DNA of 28,021 bases from a virus (IMGVR_UViG_3300032225_001834:1-28021), one strand, 5' to 3'. Shown: positions 7,527 through 14,783, counted from the first letter of the stretch. Notes: a model not told the origin generated them from the letters alone. Numbers and translations: made by a program.

Positions 7527-8936
7527 TTAGACTGTGGTGGATTGTGTTGCTACCCATTGTGCTAACTGGGTGTCAATGTCAACATCTGCTTCTTTCTCTA
7601 GTTCAACTGGTACTTCAATACCGAAGTCAGCTTTGATGTTGTGTTCGTGTGTTTGGAATACCAAACGCACAGATGCTTGCTCGTCTGATGAGAAGTGAGC
7701 AATGAAGTTTTCAACTGCAAACTCATAGCCAAAGTTCGGATTCTTAATGAACTTTTCGATTTCCATGAGCATGTTAGTTGAGATAGGTGTTTCGTATTGG
7801 CCCTTGGCTGCTTCAGCACGCAATTGCTTGACTAACAATAGCAATGACTTAGAAGAGACAAGCTTTGACTCGACTGCATCGTCGTAATCCCACATCAACT
7901 GAATGTCAAAGCGGTTACGCATTGCAAAGTTGAGCGGAGTAGTACCAATGTAGTCTGGGTTCATGGTTGCAAAGATTGTTAAGTCTTTGTGAGCCACGAT
8001 TGTTTCACCCATGTGGTCGAGCAGAGTAATACTACGACGACCATCGGTGAGTGGATATAGAGTGGTATAGATCTTAGGACTGATAAAGTTCATCTCGTCC
8101 AATAGAAGAACACCACCGTTGCGTACTACGTCAGTGACTGGGCCATCAATCCACCCATAGCCACCAACACCGTTAGGAATAAAGCCACCGAATAGCTGGC
8201 GAGATTCCATAGATGCGTTACCAGATACTGTTGCCATACGAAGGCCGCGTTCTGCAGCCCACGCTTCAACAGCTGTAGTCTTACCGGGACCGGTTGGGCC
8301 GTAGATAAGAACGTTGATATGATCAGCACGTGCTTCGTCAAAAGTTGTGAAGTCTGAGACTCCATAAACCTTACGATGCACATAGCGTTCAGCCAAATGA
8401 ATTGGAGGAACAGTTGCCAATGACACAGCAAATGACGGCGATGCGGCCTGTTGTACAGGGGCAGCGTCCTCGTTTGTTTGTGTTGGAACAGTTACTACCA
8501 ACGGAACTGTCGTGCTAGTTGAAGCACGATTATCTGTTACGTATGTTTCCAATGAATCATCTCCCATATTGATTTGTTCGTAGAAGTTACAGAGAACATC
8601 TACTAGTGGTGTTGTATCTGTTGTTGGTTCAGCCTTGGAATGCTTATCGCATGCCTTGGTTCCCAACACTGGGGAGTATCCTTTAGAAGTTATGGCACGT
8701 GCGTCTGCTGGTGTGACGTACACACCTACAGGAGTTCGTGTCAATATCTCTTCGTCTTGGATCTCAGTTGTTAGTTCGTCTAGAGTAGTTTCCTCCCACT
8801 TGTTGTGGGGGCCCTTTGTTCCATCCGTTAACCTTGAGTACACACGCACATTGTTATCATGTGGCGTAATGAGAACTTGACGACGCTTGCCATCAAGGCC
8901 CTCACTGTACGACTCAGTAAACATTGCTATGTCCAT
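7527..8936 (-). CDS. MoxR-family AAA+ ATPase (CbbQ/NirQ/CobS-like)
   Basis: Walker A GPTGPGKT, Walker B LLLDEMN, ATMNP.Y.GT..LN.A..NRF; adjacent to the vWA gene. Confidence 0.92.
   Translation of the reverse strand: MDIAMFTESYSEGLDGKRRQVLITPHDNNVRVYSRLTDGTKGPHNKWEETTLDELTTEIQDEEILTRTPVGVYVTPADARAITSKGYSPVLGTKACDKHSKAEPTTDTTPLVDVLCNFYEQINMGDDSLETYVTDNRASTSTTVPLVVTVPTQTNEDAAPVQQAASPSFAVSLATVPPIHLAERYVHRKVYGVSDFTTFDEARADHINVLIYGPTGPGKTTAVEAWAAERGLRMATVSGNASMESRQLFGGFIPNGVGGYGWIDGPVTDVVRNGGVLLLDEMNFISPKIYTTLYPLTDGRRSITLLDHMGETIVAHKDLTIFATMNPDYIGTTPLNFAMRNRFDIQLMWDYDDAVESKLVSSKSLLLLVKQLRAEAAKGQYETPISTNMLMEIEKFIKNPNFGYEFAVENFIAHFSSDEQASVRLVFQTHEHNIKADFGIEVPVELEKEADVDIDTQLAQWVATQSTTV
8475..8486 (-). 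repeat. CCAACACAAACA motif, copy 5 (intragenic)
   Basis: Exact 12-mer in the T/P/A-rich linker of the AAA+ gene, read as P-T-Q-T (a different frame from copy 4). Confidence 0.9.
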
Positions 8937-8959
8937 TTGTTACCTTTCTCTTGTTTGGT

Positions 8960-9196
8960 TTAATCGTCACCTAGAAGTCTGTCTTCCATAACGGTGGCGA
9001 AAGTGAACATGGCTTGCTTTTCTACAGGCCATTCTGTTATTAGCTCAAACAATATGTCATGTTTAGTTGCCTTCTCCATGACCTTCTTGAACTTATCAAC
9101 TGCAAAGTCCAAGAATTCTTCTTGTTCTTCTTCTGGAATCATGTCAAGAGTAAACTCTTGTTGTTCCATATCTTCATCGTCACATTCGTGACACAT
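8960..9196 (-). CDS. Small acidic hypothetical protein with an N-terminal CxxC
   Basis: RBS AAAGGA; MCHECDDEDMEQQEF...; strongly acidic. Confidence 0.8.
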   Translation of the reverse strand: MCHECDDEDMEQQEFTLDMIPEEEQEEFLDFAVDKFKKVMEKATKHDILFELITEWPVEKQAMFTFATVMEDRLLGDD

Positions 9197-9215
9197 ATTG
9201 TTCCTTTCTCTAAAT

Positions 9216-9448
9216 GTTTGGTTGGCTTACCCCCGATGCCGGCAGGGAAACATGGCATGCCATCAACTTTCTCCTCAACTGTCGCTACAACATTGTTACA
9301 CTCAATGCTGCACTAGTATTCTTGACATTGGTCTATAGGGGGCGAAGTCTATGCCTAGAGGTGGGCTTAGCCAACCAAACGTGGGTGTGTAACTAACTAA
9401 CGGAATGGGGTTTTCGTTCACATAGAACTCCCGCCCCTAGTCGTTAGC
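9216..9448 (-). ncRNA. Putative structured intergenic RNA (~230 nt)
   Basis: Perfect 12-bp inverted repeat (9216-9227 and 9369-9380) encloses an inner stem TGCAGCATTG/CAATGTTGTA; a separate 5' stem GCTAACG/CGTTAGT has inner GGGG/CCCC and GTTC/GAAC; no convincing ORF. Confidence 0.45.
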
Positions 9449-9736
9449 CTATAGTTGCCACCCGGTTGAGACGGTTACAGAACCAGTGACATCATATTGA
9501 TCCCAACTGACGTTCTTTTGCCAACGGTCTATGATTACTCTTCGACCGCTTTCCCGTGTAGATTCGTAGCAACCAAGATATGACTCATGGTAATGCTCGT
9601 AATTTTTACGGCGGGTATTGTAAATCTCCAAGTACTTTTGATGTGCTTGGATGCGACGACCGCAGTTACCGCATGAGTTGATATCTTGTATCAATTCGTC
9701 TCGTGACGGCAGTTCATCTATATCCTTTTCGGACAT
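9449..9736 (-). CDS. Hypothetical protein, possible Zn-binding (CxxC...H....C)
   Basis: RBS AAAGGG; CGNCG...YHESYLGC. Confidence 0.8.
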   Translation of the reverse strand: MSEKDIDELPSRDELIQDINSCGNCGRRIQAHQKYLEIYNTRRKNYEHYHESYLGCYESTRESGRRVIIDRWQKNVSWDQYDVTGSVTVSTGWQL

Positions 9737-9756
9737 TGGCTACCCTTTCTCGGGTT

Positions 9757-9768
9757 TGTTTGTGTTGG
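9757..9768 (-). repeat. CCAACACAAACA motif, copy 6
   Basis: Exact 12-mer directly abutting the TAA stop at 9769-9771. Confidence 0.9.
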
Positions 9769-10269
9769 TTAGTATTTGCCTTGAGCTCTTTCAAGCTCTA
9801 CTACTTGACTAGCACTGGATGTGCTGTTCAAAATAAGGGACTTGAACATTTCACTGTCCATCTTCTTAGATAGTGCGTTAGCAACTGTGGCTAAGAAGTT
9901 CCCTGATGTGCCTGGCTTATTACGTAACACTGTACGTGTAGCCAGAACAGTTTCTCCCCATGCAAATGACAGTGGGGCTAGGTACTCGCTGTATGTTTTA
10001 ATGGTGTTACCCATTTCATCAGGAGTAGATGCAATTGCAGCAGAGAATAGTTGTACAACATTCTTTGCTTCGTTTCCATCACATGCTGTGACAAGATGGT
10101 TGATGATTGCATCTCTGAAGTTGGTAGATATCTCGGAAATCTGTACTAGATTTACGGGCATCATTCCACCTTTAAGCAACTCAGCAGCAACGTCAGGGTC
10201 TGTTGTGTCCCTGGTCGTATAAGCTCCTATTGAGATGCTTGGATCATACTGTAGTTGTAGGTCCAGCAT
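9769..10269 (-). CDS. Hypothetical helical protein, possibly a divergent DUF4192-like paralog
   Basis: NFRDAII...LA.LSFAWGE..LA pattern; RBS AAAGGA. Confidence 0.7.
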   Translation of the reverse strand: MLDLQLQYDPSISIGAYTTRDTTDPDVAAELLKGGMMPVNLVQISEISTNFRDAIINHLVTACDGNEAKNVVQLFSAAIASTPDEMGNTIKTYSEYLAPLSFAWGETVLATRTVLRNKPGTSGNFLATVANALSKKMDSEMFKSLILNSTSSASQVVELERAQGKY

Positions 10270-10993
10270 AAGCGGCCACGATCCTTTCTAGATCGGTTAA
10301 TGGTTTTCTTACTATGTTGCCATTCTCTACCTTGATAGGCGAACCATCCCAAGCTAGAGAAACTCGTTTACTGCCGTAGTCACGTTTACCCGTGCCACTG
10401 CATGAGTAACAGTGTTGACTACGCTTCATTGTGTGTCCGTGTCCTGTAAACCCATGTTCACAAGGAAGAGCATGCCATCTACTGTATGCGTTAGTTTGTA
10501 CAGCTTCTGGGTGCTCTGGACATGAATAGACATTGTTTTCGTTTAGATTTCCGTTCCAACATGTTGGTGGATTGCAATAACCATCTACTTTACCTGTTTG
10601 ACTACACATACGACAACCTTGTATTTTTTGTGGGGTTATCTTTGCGTTTTGTTCATACAGTTTGAATTGAAAGTTGCGTTGTACAACTTCAATAGCTGTG
10701 TATTTATAGATAGTAAAACGAACACTATAAGCACGTAGAGGATCCCACGAGCCTCCCCAAGCTGTTGTTACTCTGCCTGGAGACTGTAGTGTTTTAGTAT
10801 TGTCTGGATGAATAGTAATAAGTGGGTAATTATTAATCCACGGCATTACTATCTGAATATCACCAGACTTGTTAAATTTGTTGGCATACTGAATACGATA
10901 GCCACGGTCATAAAGAGTACGTTCATACTTCTTACGGCCGTTAGCCAAATAGTCTTGCCATTCAGCATACGTTATATGTGATCGCCAGCTCAT
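10244..10993 (-). CDS. Hypothetical protein with DnaJ-type CxxCxGxG-like zinc-finger repeats
   Basis: CRMCSQTG and CYSCSGTG flank a further C/H-rich insert; RBS GGAGG. Confidence 0.8.
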   Translation of the reverse strand: MSWRSHITYAEWQDYLANGRKKYERTLYDRGYRIQYANKFNKSGDIQIVMPWINNYPLITIHPDNTKTLQSPGRVTTAWGGSWDPLRAYSVRFTIYKYTAIEVVQRNFQFKLYEQNAKITPQKIQGCRMCSQTGKVDGYCNPPTCWNGNLNENNVYSCPEHPEAVQTNAYSRWHALPCEHGFTGHGHTMKRSQHCYSCSGTGKRDYGSKRVSLAWDGSPIKVENGNIVRKPLTDLERIVAAYAGPTTTV

Positions 10994-11295
10994 GTTGCCT
11001 CCACTGTTTCAAATAAGCCTACAGGGGTTGGGTCCTCCAAGTCAACATACTGGAACTCGATAAGGCGTTCGCGTGTGCGTTCGAGTGTTTGTGTTGGTTC
11101 CTCCCACCATGATGATGTGAGAGATATCACAGATGATTTAGGCTTGAGCAACTTAAGTGCCAGGCCCACACCATCCATAAGACCACTGTTATATGCGCGA
11201 GCATTTTGATGCTCTTCGAAGTGTAGATCTTCTTGAGCTTCAATGATTGCACGCTCAAGGATTTCTACTATCTGCTTTTTCTTTTTCTTACGCAT
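10990..11295 (-). CDS. Hypothetical protein
   Basis: Likely start MRKKKKKQIVEILE at 11295; the longer listed ORF overlaps the upstream gene by more than 200 nt. Confidence 0.7.
   Translation of the reverse strand: MRKKKKKQIVEILERAIIEAQEDLHFEEHQNARAYNSGLMDGVGLALKLLKPKSSVISLTSSWWEEPTQTLERTRERLIEFQYVDLEDPTPVGLFETVEAT
11086..11097 (-). repeat. CCAACACAAACA motif, copy 7 (intragenic)
   Basis: Exact 12-mer, read as P-T-Q-T. Confidence 0.9.
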
Positions 11296-11548
11296 CAACT
11301 TCAGCCTTGTTGTTGTAGCCAAATGGGCCGTCGTATACCTTGCCAGTCTTCCAATGAGGAATTGACTTGTGGTTCCAACGTCCACCTGCTTTCTTCCAAG
11401 CCTCACGCTTAGCATCATTTTCAGGACTGCGTCCATTGATGTGTGTGAAGTTGGTCTTAGGTGGTTGAGCGGGGCCAGGATTCTTTTTAGAAGCCTTGCC
11501 ATTAGGACGGTTGTCATTGCGACCGTTGCCTTTTGATTTTACTGCCAT
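11288..11548 (-). CDS. Basic Lys/Asn-rich hypothetical protein
   Basis: RBS GAAGGA; MAVKSKGNGRNDNRPNGKA... Confidence 0.8.
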   Translation of the reverse strand: MAVKSKGNGRNDNRPNGKASKKNPGPAQPPKTNFTHINGRSPENDAKREAWKKAGGRWNHKSIPHWKTGKVYDGPFGYNNKAEVDA

Positions 11549-11570
11549 TTATCTATCCTTCCGGCTTAGA

Positions 11571-11792
11571 TTAGTTACTGCGGATATTTTCCACAGAACC
11601 ATACAGCGTATCAATGCCATCATTCCATAGCATCAATGCCTCCTTCTTAGTACAGCCATGAAACAACTGTGCTTCGAGAAGGAATAGTAGTTTTTCTGTT
11701 GTATTGGTAAATGTAGGGGAGGATACTTCTTTTTCTTGCCATACAAGTTTGTTATTACTATCTTGTACGTAGTTACCTACTATCTCTGTCAT
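11571..11792 (-). CDS. Hypothetical protein
   Basis: 73-aa ORF in the operon, with a short overlap with the upstream gene. Confidence 0.7.
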   Translation of the reverse strand: MTEIVGNYVQDSNNKLVWQEKEVSSPTFTNTTEKLLFLLEAQLFHGCTKKEALMLWNDGIDTLYGSVENIRSN

Positions 11793-12024
11793 TTGTATGC
11801 CAATCTACTAGTTGATGAGTAGTACCCCATTTACTATAGGGTTTATCTATGATGTCGTATATCTTCCACCATCTATACCCAGCCTTGGGCATAGTCTCTT
11901 GGTTCTCATACTTGATCTCATACTTCAATGCTTTATGCAATGGGTATGAAGATAGATGATTGCACCAATTAGCAAACCACCTGAGTGGCAAGATATTGGT
12001 CTTATGTTCTGGCTCTGTTATCAT
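11773..12024 (-). CDS. Trp/Tyr-rich hypothetical protein
   Basis: Strong RBS AAAGGAG; 83 aa. Confidence 0.8.
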   Translation of the reverse strand: MITEPEHKTNILPLRWFANWCNHLSSYPLHKALKYEIKYENQETMPKAGYRWWKIYDIIDKPYSKWGTTHQLVDWHTNDRDSR

Positions 12025-12052
12025 TGGGTCTCCTTTCTTTAGAGATGAATGA

Positions 12053-12085
12053 TGAGCAGTTTAGCCTTGTCATACTCAGGACAGG
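12053..12085 (-). promoter_or_regulatory. Compact H-type RNA pseudoknot in the 5' leader
   Basis: Minus strand CCTGTC-CTGAGTAT-GACAAGG-CTAAAC-TGCTCA: stem 1 is TGTC/GACA (plus CC/GG), and loop TGAGTA pairs with downstream TGCTCA. Confidence 0.55.
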
Positions 12086-12144
12086 AGTTCTTTTACCTCA
12101 GGAAGAACTTTAGAAACCAACCGGCATTACCCGTTATTAAATTG

Positions 12145-12558
12145 TTAGAGGCAATTGAAGAAATCATTATCCAGCATGCTGGCATTGAAGGTTTCTCCGG
12201 CCATAATTGATACAGAACGAATCTGCTTTTCAATTCTGTCAACCATAGTGCGTGCAGGTTCAAAACCTGGTACTTCTGGTTGATCGGCATCCACAACAAT
12301 ACTAAAATCAATTCTGATTTGTTTCTTGTTGTTATATACACGTCGCCATTCCTGGTCTTCTGTGCTATTGGCTTTTAGAAATGCGATAGCTGCATTAGCA
12401 ACTGCTTTATTGTATGCAACTATCTCTTTGTCAAACGCAGCTTTTTTAGCTGTGTATTCTTTTAACTCTTTATCATACTTGGCTGTTTCTTTTTTCAAAC
12501 TAGCATTAAGCTGTTTGAGAGCGTCAGCCTTGTTGATAAGGTTTGTTACTCTAGCCAT
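12145..12558 (-). CDS. Coiled-coil hypothetical protein
   Basis: Start MARVTNLINK at 12558 after RBS AAGGGAGG; A/K/E-rich helix. Confidence 0.8.
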   Translation of the reverse strand: MARVTNLINKADALKQLNASLKKETAKYDKELKEYTAKKAAFDKEIVAYNKAVANAAIAFLKANSTEDQEWRRVYNNKKQIRIDFSIVVDADQPEVPGFEPARTMVDRIEKQIRSVSIMAGETFNASMLDNDFFNCL

Positions 12559-12589
12559 TGCTGGCCTCCCTTTATCTAGTGGTGCGGTT

Positions 12590-12601
12590 TGTTTGTGTTG
12601 G
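12590..12601 (-). repeat. CCAACACAAACA motif, copy 8
   Basis: Exact 12-mer in the leader, 31 nt upstream of the ATG at 12558. Confidence 0.9.
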
Positions 12602-12849
12602 GGCGTGTCACCACATGCCCTACATGTTTTATAGACCACATGCTCTGTGTCTTTTGGTTGGCACTACATTATTTCTTTCGGTCATCATGCGTAGTCAGTA
12701 TCGTGATACACCCACGAAGTTGTATCGAGGATAAAGGGTCCGGGCCATGGGGTCGGTTACATCTAATTGCGTAGGCTATCAACCTGTTGCTTTCGATGCC
12801 TTAGCTCACGCCATTCCTCACCCGCCGTGTCAGAGCCGGTAGTGTTCCT

Positions 12850-12991
12850 TGGGTTGTCTATACAACCCAGTAGAAACAGGCACGTGCCTCCTGTTCCTAC
12901 TGCATCGTATAGATAAAAAGATAGGCCGGGGAGAGCCTACCCTCATGGGCTCATCCCCGACCTATGGCTTGGTGGATTCCGGCACCAAGCC
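12850..12991 (-). other. Cluster of three long RNA hairpins
   Basis: 24-bp stem at 12857-12913 (3 G-U, 1 mismatch on the minus strand), 17-bp stem at 12921-12965 and 9-bp stem at 12966-12991; an alternative hairpin TGGGTTGT/ACAACCCA at 12850-12869. Confidence 0.7.
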
Positions 12992-12997
12992 CCCTCA

Positions 12998-13300
12998 CTA
13001 AATGCTAGTTAGTTGCCACCCATTACAATAAGAATCATCTGTCTTTGGATGCCACTTGTTAGTTGTTGTCTCAGGCACATCTACCCAGCGAATAAATTCG
13101 TGGGCACACCTGTGACACAGCATGAATTTAATAGGAGGTTCAAAGACATTATCTATGAACATCATGTAGCCACCATCTATGGTGACCTCTAGTGCTACAG
13201 GTATCTCAGAGTCCATAGACAATGGCTTGAATACCTGTGGCTTGTTGCACTTACTGCACTCAACTATGGTAATAGTTGATCCACTTAGGTTGGTATCCAT
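12998..13300 (-). CDS. Zinc-finger hypothetical protein (CxxC...CxxC)
   Basis: ECSKC...GGYMMFID...LCHRCA; RBS GGAGA and TGATG overlap. Confidence 0.8.
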   Translation of the reverse strand: MDTNLSGSTITIVECSKCNKPQVFKPLSMDSEIPVALEVTIDGGYMMFIDNVFEPPIKFMLCHRCAHEFIRWVDVPETTTNKWHPKTDDSYCNGWQLTSI

Positions 13301-13434
13301 CAGCTGGTCTCCAACAGTTCATAAATAAGTCTGAGCATGTGTAACTCAGCCTGTATCTGTGTTATCTGTACCTGTATTGCTGTTACTTGATTAGATATCT
13401 CAAGCAACTGGTTTAAGCGTTCTTCGTCAAGCAC
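13300..13434 (-). CDS. 44-aa coiled-coil microprotein (not in the ORF track)
   Basis: GTG start, MLDEERLNQLLEISNQVTAIQVQITQIQAELHMLRLIYELLETS*; fills the gap between whiB and the next gene. Confidence 0.65.
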   Translation of the reverse strand: MLDEERLNQLLEISNQVTAIQVQITQIQAELHMLRLIYELLETS

Positions 13435-13675
13435 TCTTCTTCCTCTCTGCTAGATGTGACATAGGCGATACAAAGCCAATGCCAAAGTATTCCTTGCCAC
13501 CCCAGATACCATACAGCCCTGGTGTGTTCTCAGCGTATTCACGACACGCTGAAAGTAATGGGCAAGCCTGGCATGTAGCCTTGGCTATCTTCTTGTTTGG
13601 ATCACCCTTACCAACAGGGAAGAATATCTCCCGGTCAGTTTGGGCGCATAACTGTGAACCATTCATGTAATACAT
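13427..13675 (-). CDS. whiB: WhiB-family Fe-S transcription regulator
   Basis: LCAQTD.EIFFP.......AK..C..CP....C..YA......GIWGG: four Cys plus the G[IV]WGG turn. Confidence 0.93.
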   Translation of the reverse strand: MYYMNGSQLCAQTDREIFFPVGKGDPNKKIAKATCQACPLLSACREYAENTPGLYGIWGGKEYFGIGFVSPMSHLAERKKSA

Positions 13676-13774
13676 TTACTGCCTCCAGTCATAGTCTTCT
13701 TGGTCAATCTCATACTGCTTCTTGATTAGGTATGCAACAACAGCCATACCTACAATAAACCCTACAACGAACAC
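13676..13774 (-). CDS. 32-aa single-pass membrane microprotein (not in the ORF track)
   Basis: GGGGGAG then GTG; MFVVGFIVGMAVVAYLIKKQYEIDQEDYDWRQ*; stop abuts the whiB ATG. Confidence 0.65.
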   Translation of the reverse strand: MFVVGFIVGMAVVAYLIKKQYEIDQEDYDWRQ

Positions 13775-13938
13775 ATCTCCCCCTCTCTCAGCAATGCAAC
13801 TGCCAAACTTTCGGGGGATTTTTCGGGGGAAACCTGTGTAACTACACGCTTTACATAGTGTGTAGAGGAGAAGATAACAAGAGTCCCGTTAGGTAACTTA
13901 CTAGTCACCTTGATAGTGCTATCAGTAGTGCTTATCAT
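13762..13938 (-). CDS. 58-aa hypothetical microprotein (not in the ORF track)
   Basis: ATGA overlap with the upstream gene; MISTTDSTIKVTSKLPNGTLVIFSSTHYVKRVVTQVSPEKSPESLAVALLREGEMCSL*. Confidence 0.45.
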   Translation of the reverse strand: MISTTDSTIKVTSKLPNGTLVIFSSTHYVKRVVTQVSPEKSPESLAVALLREGEMCSL

Positions 13939-14072
13939 TGGTGTGCCTCAGCAACAGCGATACCTAGAGGTGTAGGTGTAAAGATAGCCTCTAGATTCTC
14001 ATTGTATGAGACAGCGATAAGACCCTTGAGTAATAGAGATTTGAGGGTCTCATCTAGTTCTTCTTCGCTCAT
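13935..14072 (-). CDS. 45-aa microprotein resembling a winged-helix recognition helix and wing (not in the ORF track)
   Basis: MSEEELDETLKSLLLKGLIAVSYNENLEAIFTPTPLGIAVAEAHQ* (L..KGLI...f..T..G pattern); RBS CAGGT. Confidence 0.65.
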   Translation of the reverse strand: MSEEELDETLKSLLLKGLIAVSYNENLEAIFTPTPLGIAVAEAHQ

Positions 14073-14090
14073 TCTTACCTGCTTTCTACT

Positions 14091-14185
14091 CCCATAAGGA
14101 GTGAGAGATACATAGGGAATACCGACCTACACGCTCACTAAGAAGCCTCAGTCTGTTGTCCTATGTATCCTTCGCCCCCTGTGGA
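14091..14185 (-). other. Long intergenic RNA hairpin
   Basis: Core GATACATAGG/CCTATGTATC extends to about 26 bp with 4 G-U and 3 mismatches on the minus strand. Confidence 0.7.
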
Positions 14186-14217
14186 TAAATAAAAAATGGG
14201 CAAAATTTTTTGGGGGA

Positions 14218-14421
14218 TTACTGGCGACCTGATGATTTACCATTCTTAAGATCATCACTATCCTTAAGAACATAGGCAAAGCCCTGCTTAGGCATAAGAA
14301 TAAGACGGAACTCCTCTTGACGAGGAGATAACGCTTTGGCTACACATTGCTTAGCCATGCAATAGTTGATACCTGCCTCATAACGTGGCTGAGGCACAGG
14401 CTGTCCGCAATAGATACACAT
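14218..14421 (-). CDS. DksA/TraR-like C4 zinc-finger protein
   Basis: CIYCGQPVPQPRYEAGINYCMAKQC resembles C..CG..I...Rl.a....C..C; RBS AAGGGA. Confidence 0.7.
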   Translation of the reverse strand: MCIYCGQPVPQPRYEAGINYCMAKQCVAKALSPRQEEFRLILMPKQGFAYVLKDSDDLKNGKSSGRQ

Positions 14422-14423
14422 AA

Positions 14424-14591
14424 CTATCCCTTCTTGTATAGTGTTGCAGGAACAGAAATAAAGTGCTCATCTATCATTACAACATAGCCCTTAGAGGCTA
14501 AGTGTTTAACGTAGCAATCCCAGCAAGATTTATAGCCGTCATCATAGACAGCCTCACCTGCAGTGATAGTCTTCTTACAATCTGGACACAT
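14424..14591 (-). CDS. 55-aa C4 zinc-finger microprotein (not in the ORF track)
   Basis: RBS GAGGAG; MCPDCKKTITAGEAVYDDGYKSCWDCYVKHLASKGYVVMIDEHFISVPATLYKKG*. Confidence 0.75.
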   Translation of the reverse strand: MCPDCKKTITAGEAVYDDGYKSCWDCYVKHLASKGYVVMIDEHFISVPATLYKKG

Positions 14592-14627
14592 AAGTGTCTC
14601 CTCTCTGTTAGTTGATACCTGATTACA

Positions 14628-14698
14628 GATAAGCCACCAGCCTCACAGCCTGGTGTTACAACCATACGGCTATAACGCTGTGAGGCCAGTGGCCTATC
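14628..14698 (-). other. Long intergenic RNA hairpin with an asymmetric bulge
   Basis: 22-bp outer stem GATAGGCCACTGGCCTCACAGC/GCTGTGAGGCTGGTGGCTTATC plus 9-bp inner stem GTTATAGCC/GGTTGTAAC; fully paired only if G-U is allowed on the minus strand. Confidence 0.75.
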
Positions 14699-14783
14699 AT
14701 GGACATAGTGGTACTCAGGACTCCAACCCCATGCGTGGCATACCACAATGCTACGTCGCTGCGTAGGTGTCATGGCAACTGCA

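Noticed and set aside
9230-9345. TAG read-through or stop-codon reassignment suggested by ...CQEY*CSIECNNVVATVEEK... and a similar TAG-TGC near 12662
   Set aside because: Well-supported genes (e.g. vWA, DUF6321-like, 14424) end at TAG right where the next gene or RBS begins, long ORFs have no internal TAG, and no suppressor tRNA is present.
9395-9448. Hammerhead ribozyme (stem followed by GAAA)
   Set aside because: The CUGANGA core is absent (CGGGAG instead) and the three-stem topology does not fit.
9821-10222. Antisense ORFs listed opposite long genes (e.g. 9821-10222, 12326-12634, 16662-16946, 19072-19371)
   Set aside because: They are shadows of biased codon usage on the true coding strand, with no RBS or motifs.
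2897-12601. 12-mer repeats as a CRISPR array or IS ends
   Set aside because: The repeats are only 12-15 bp and more than 1 kb apart, with no cas or transposase gene in the window.
12559-12639. N-terminal extension MVYKTCRACG... of the 12145 ORF
   Set aside because: A strong RBS (AAGGGAGG) precedes the ATG at 12558 and the upstream GTG has none, so the region is treated as leader.
14713-14722. Second copy of the pseudoknot (shares GTCCTGAGTA with the 12.07 kb element)
   Set aside because: No GAC partner for stem 1 and no downstream TGCTC for stem 2.
14498-14773. 91-aa minus-strand ORF
   Set aside because: No RBS; it crosses a structured hairpin and overlaps the better-supported 14424-14591 ORF.
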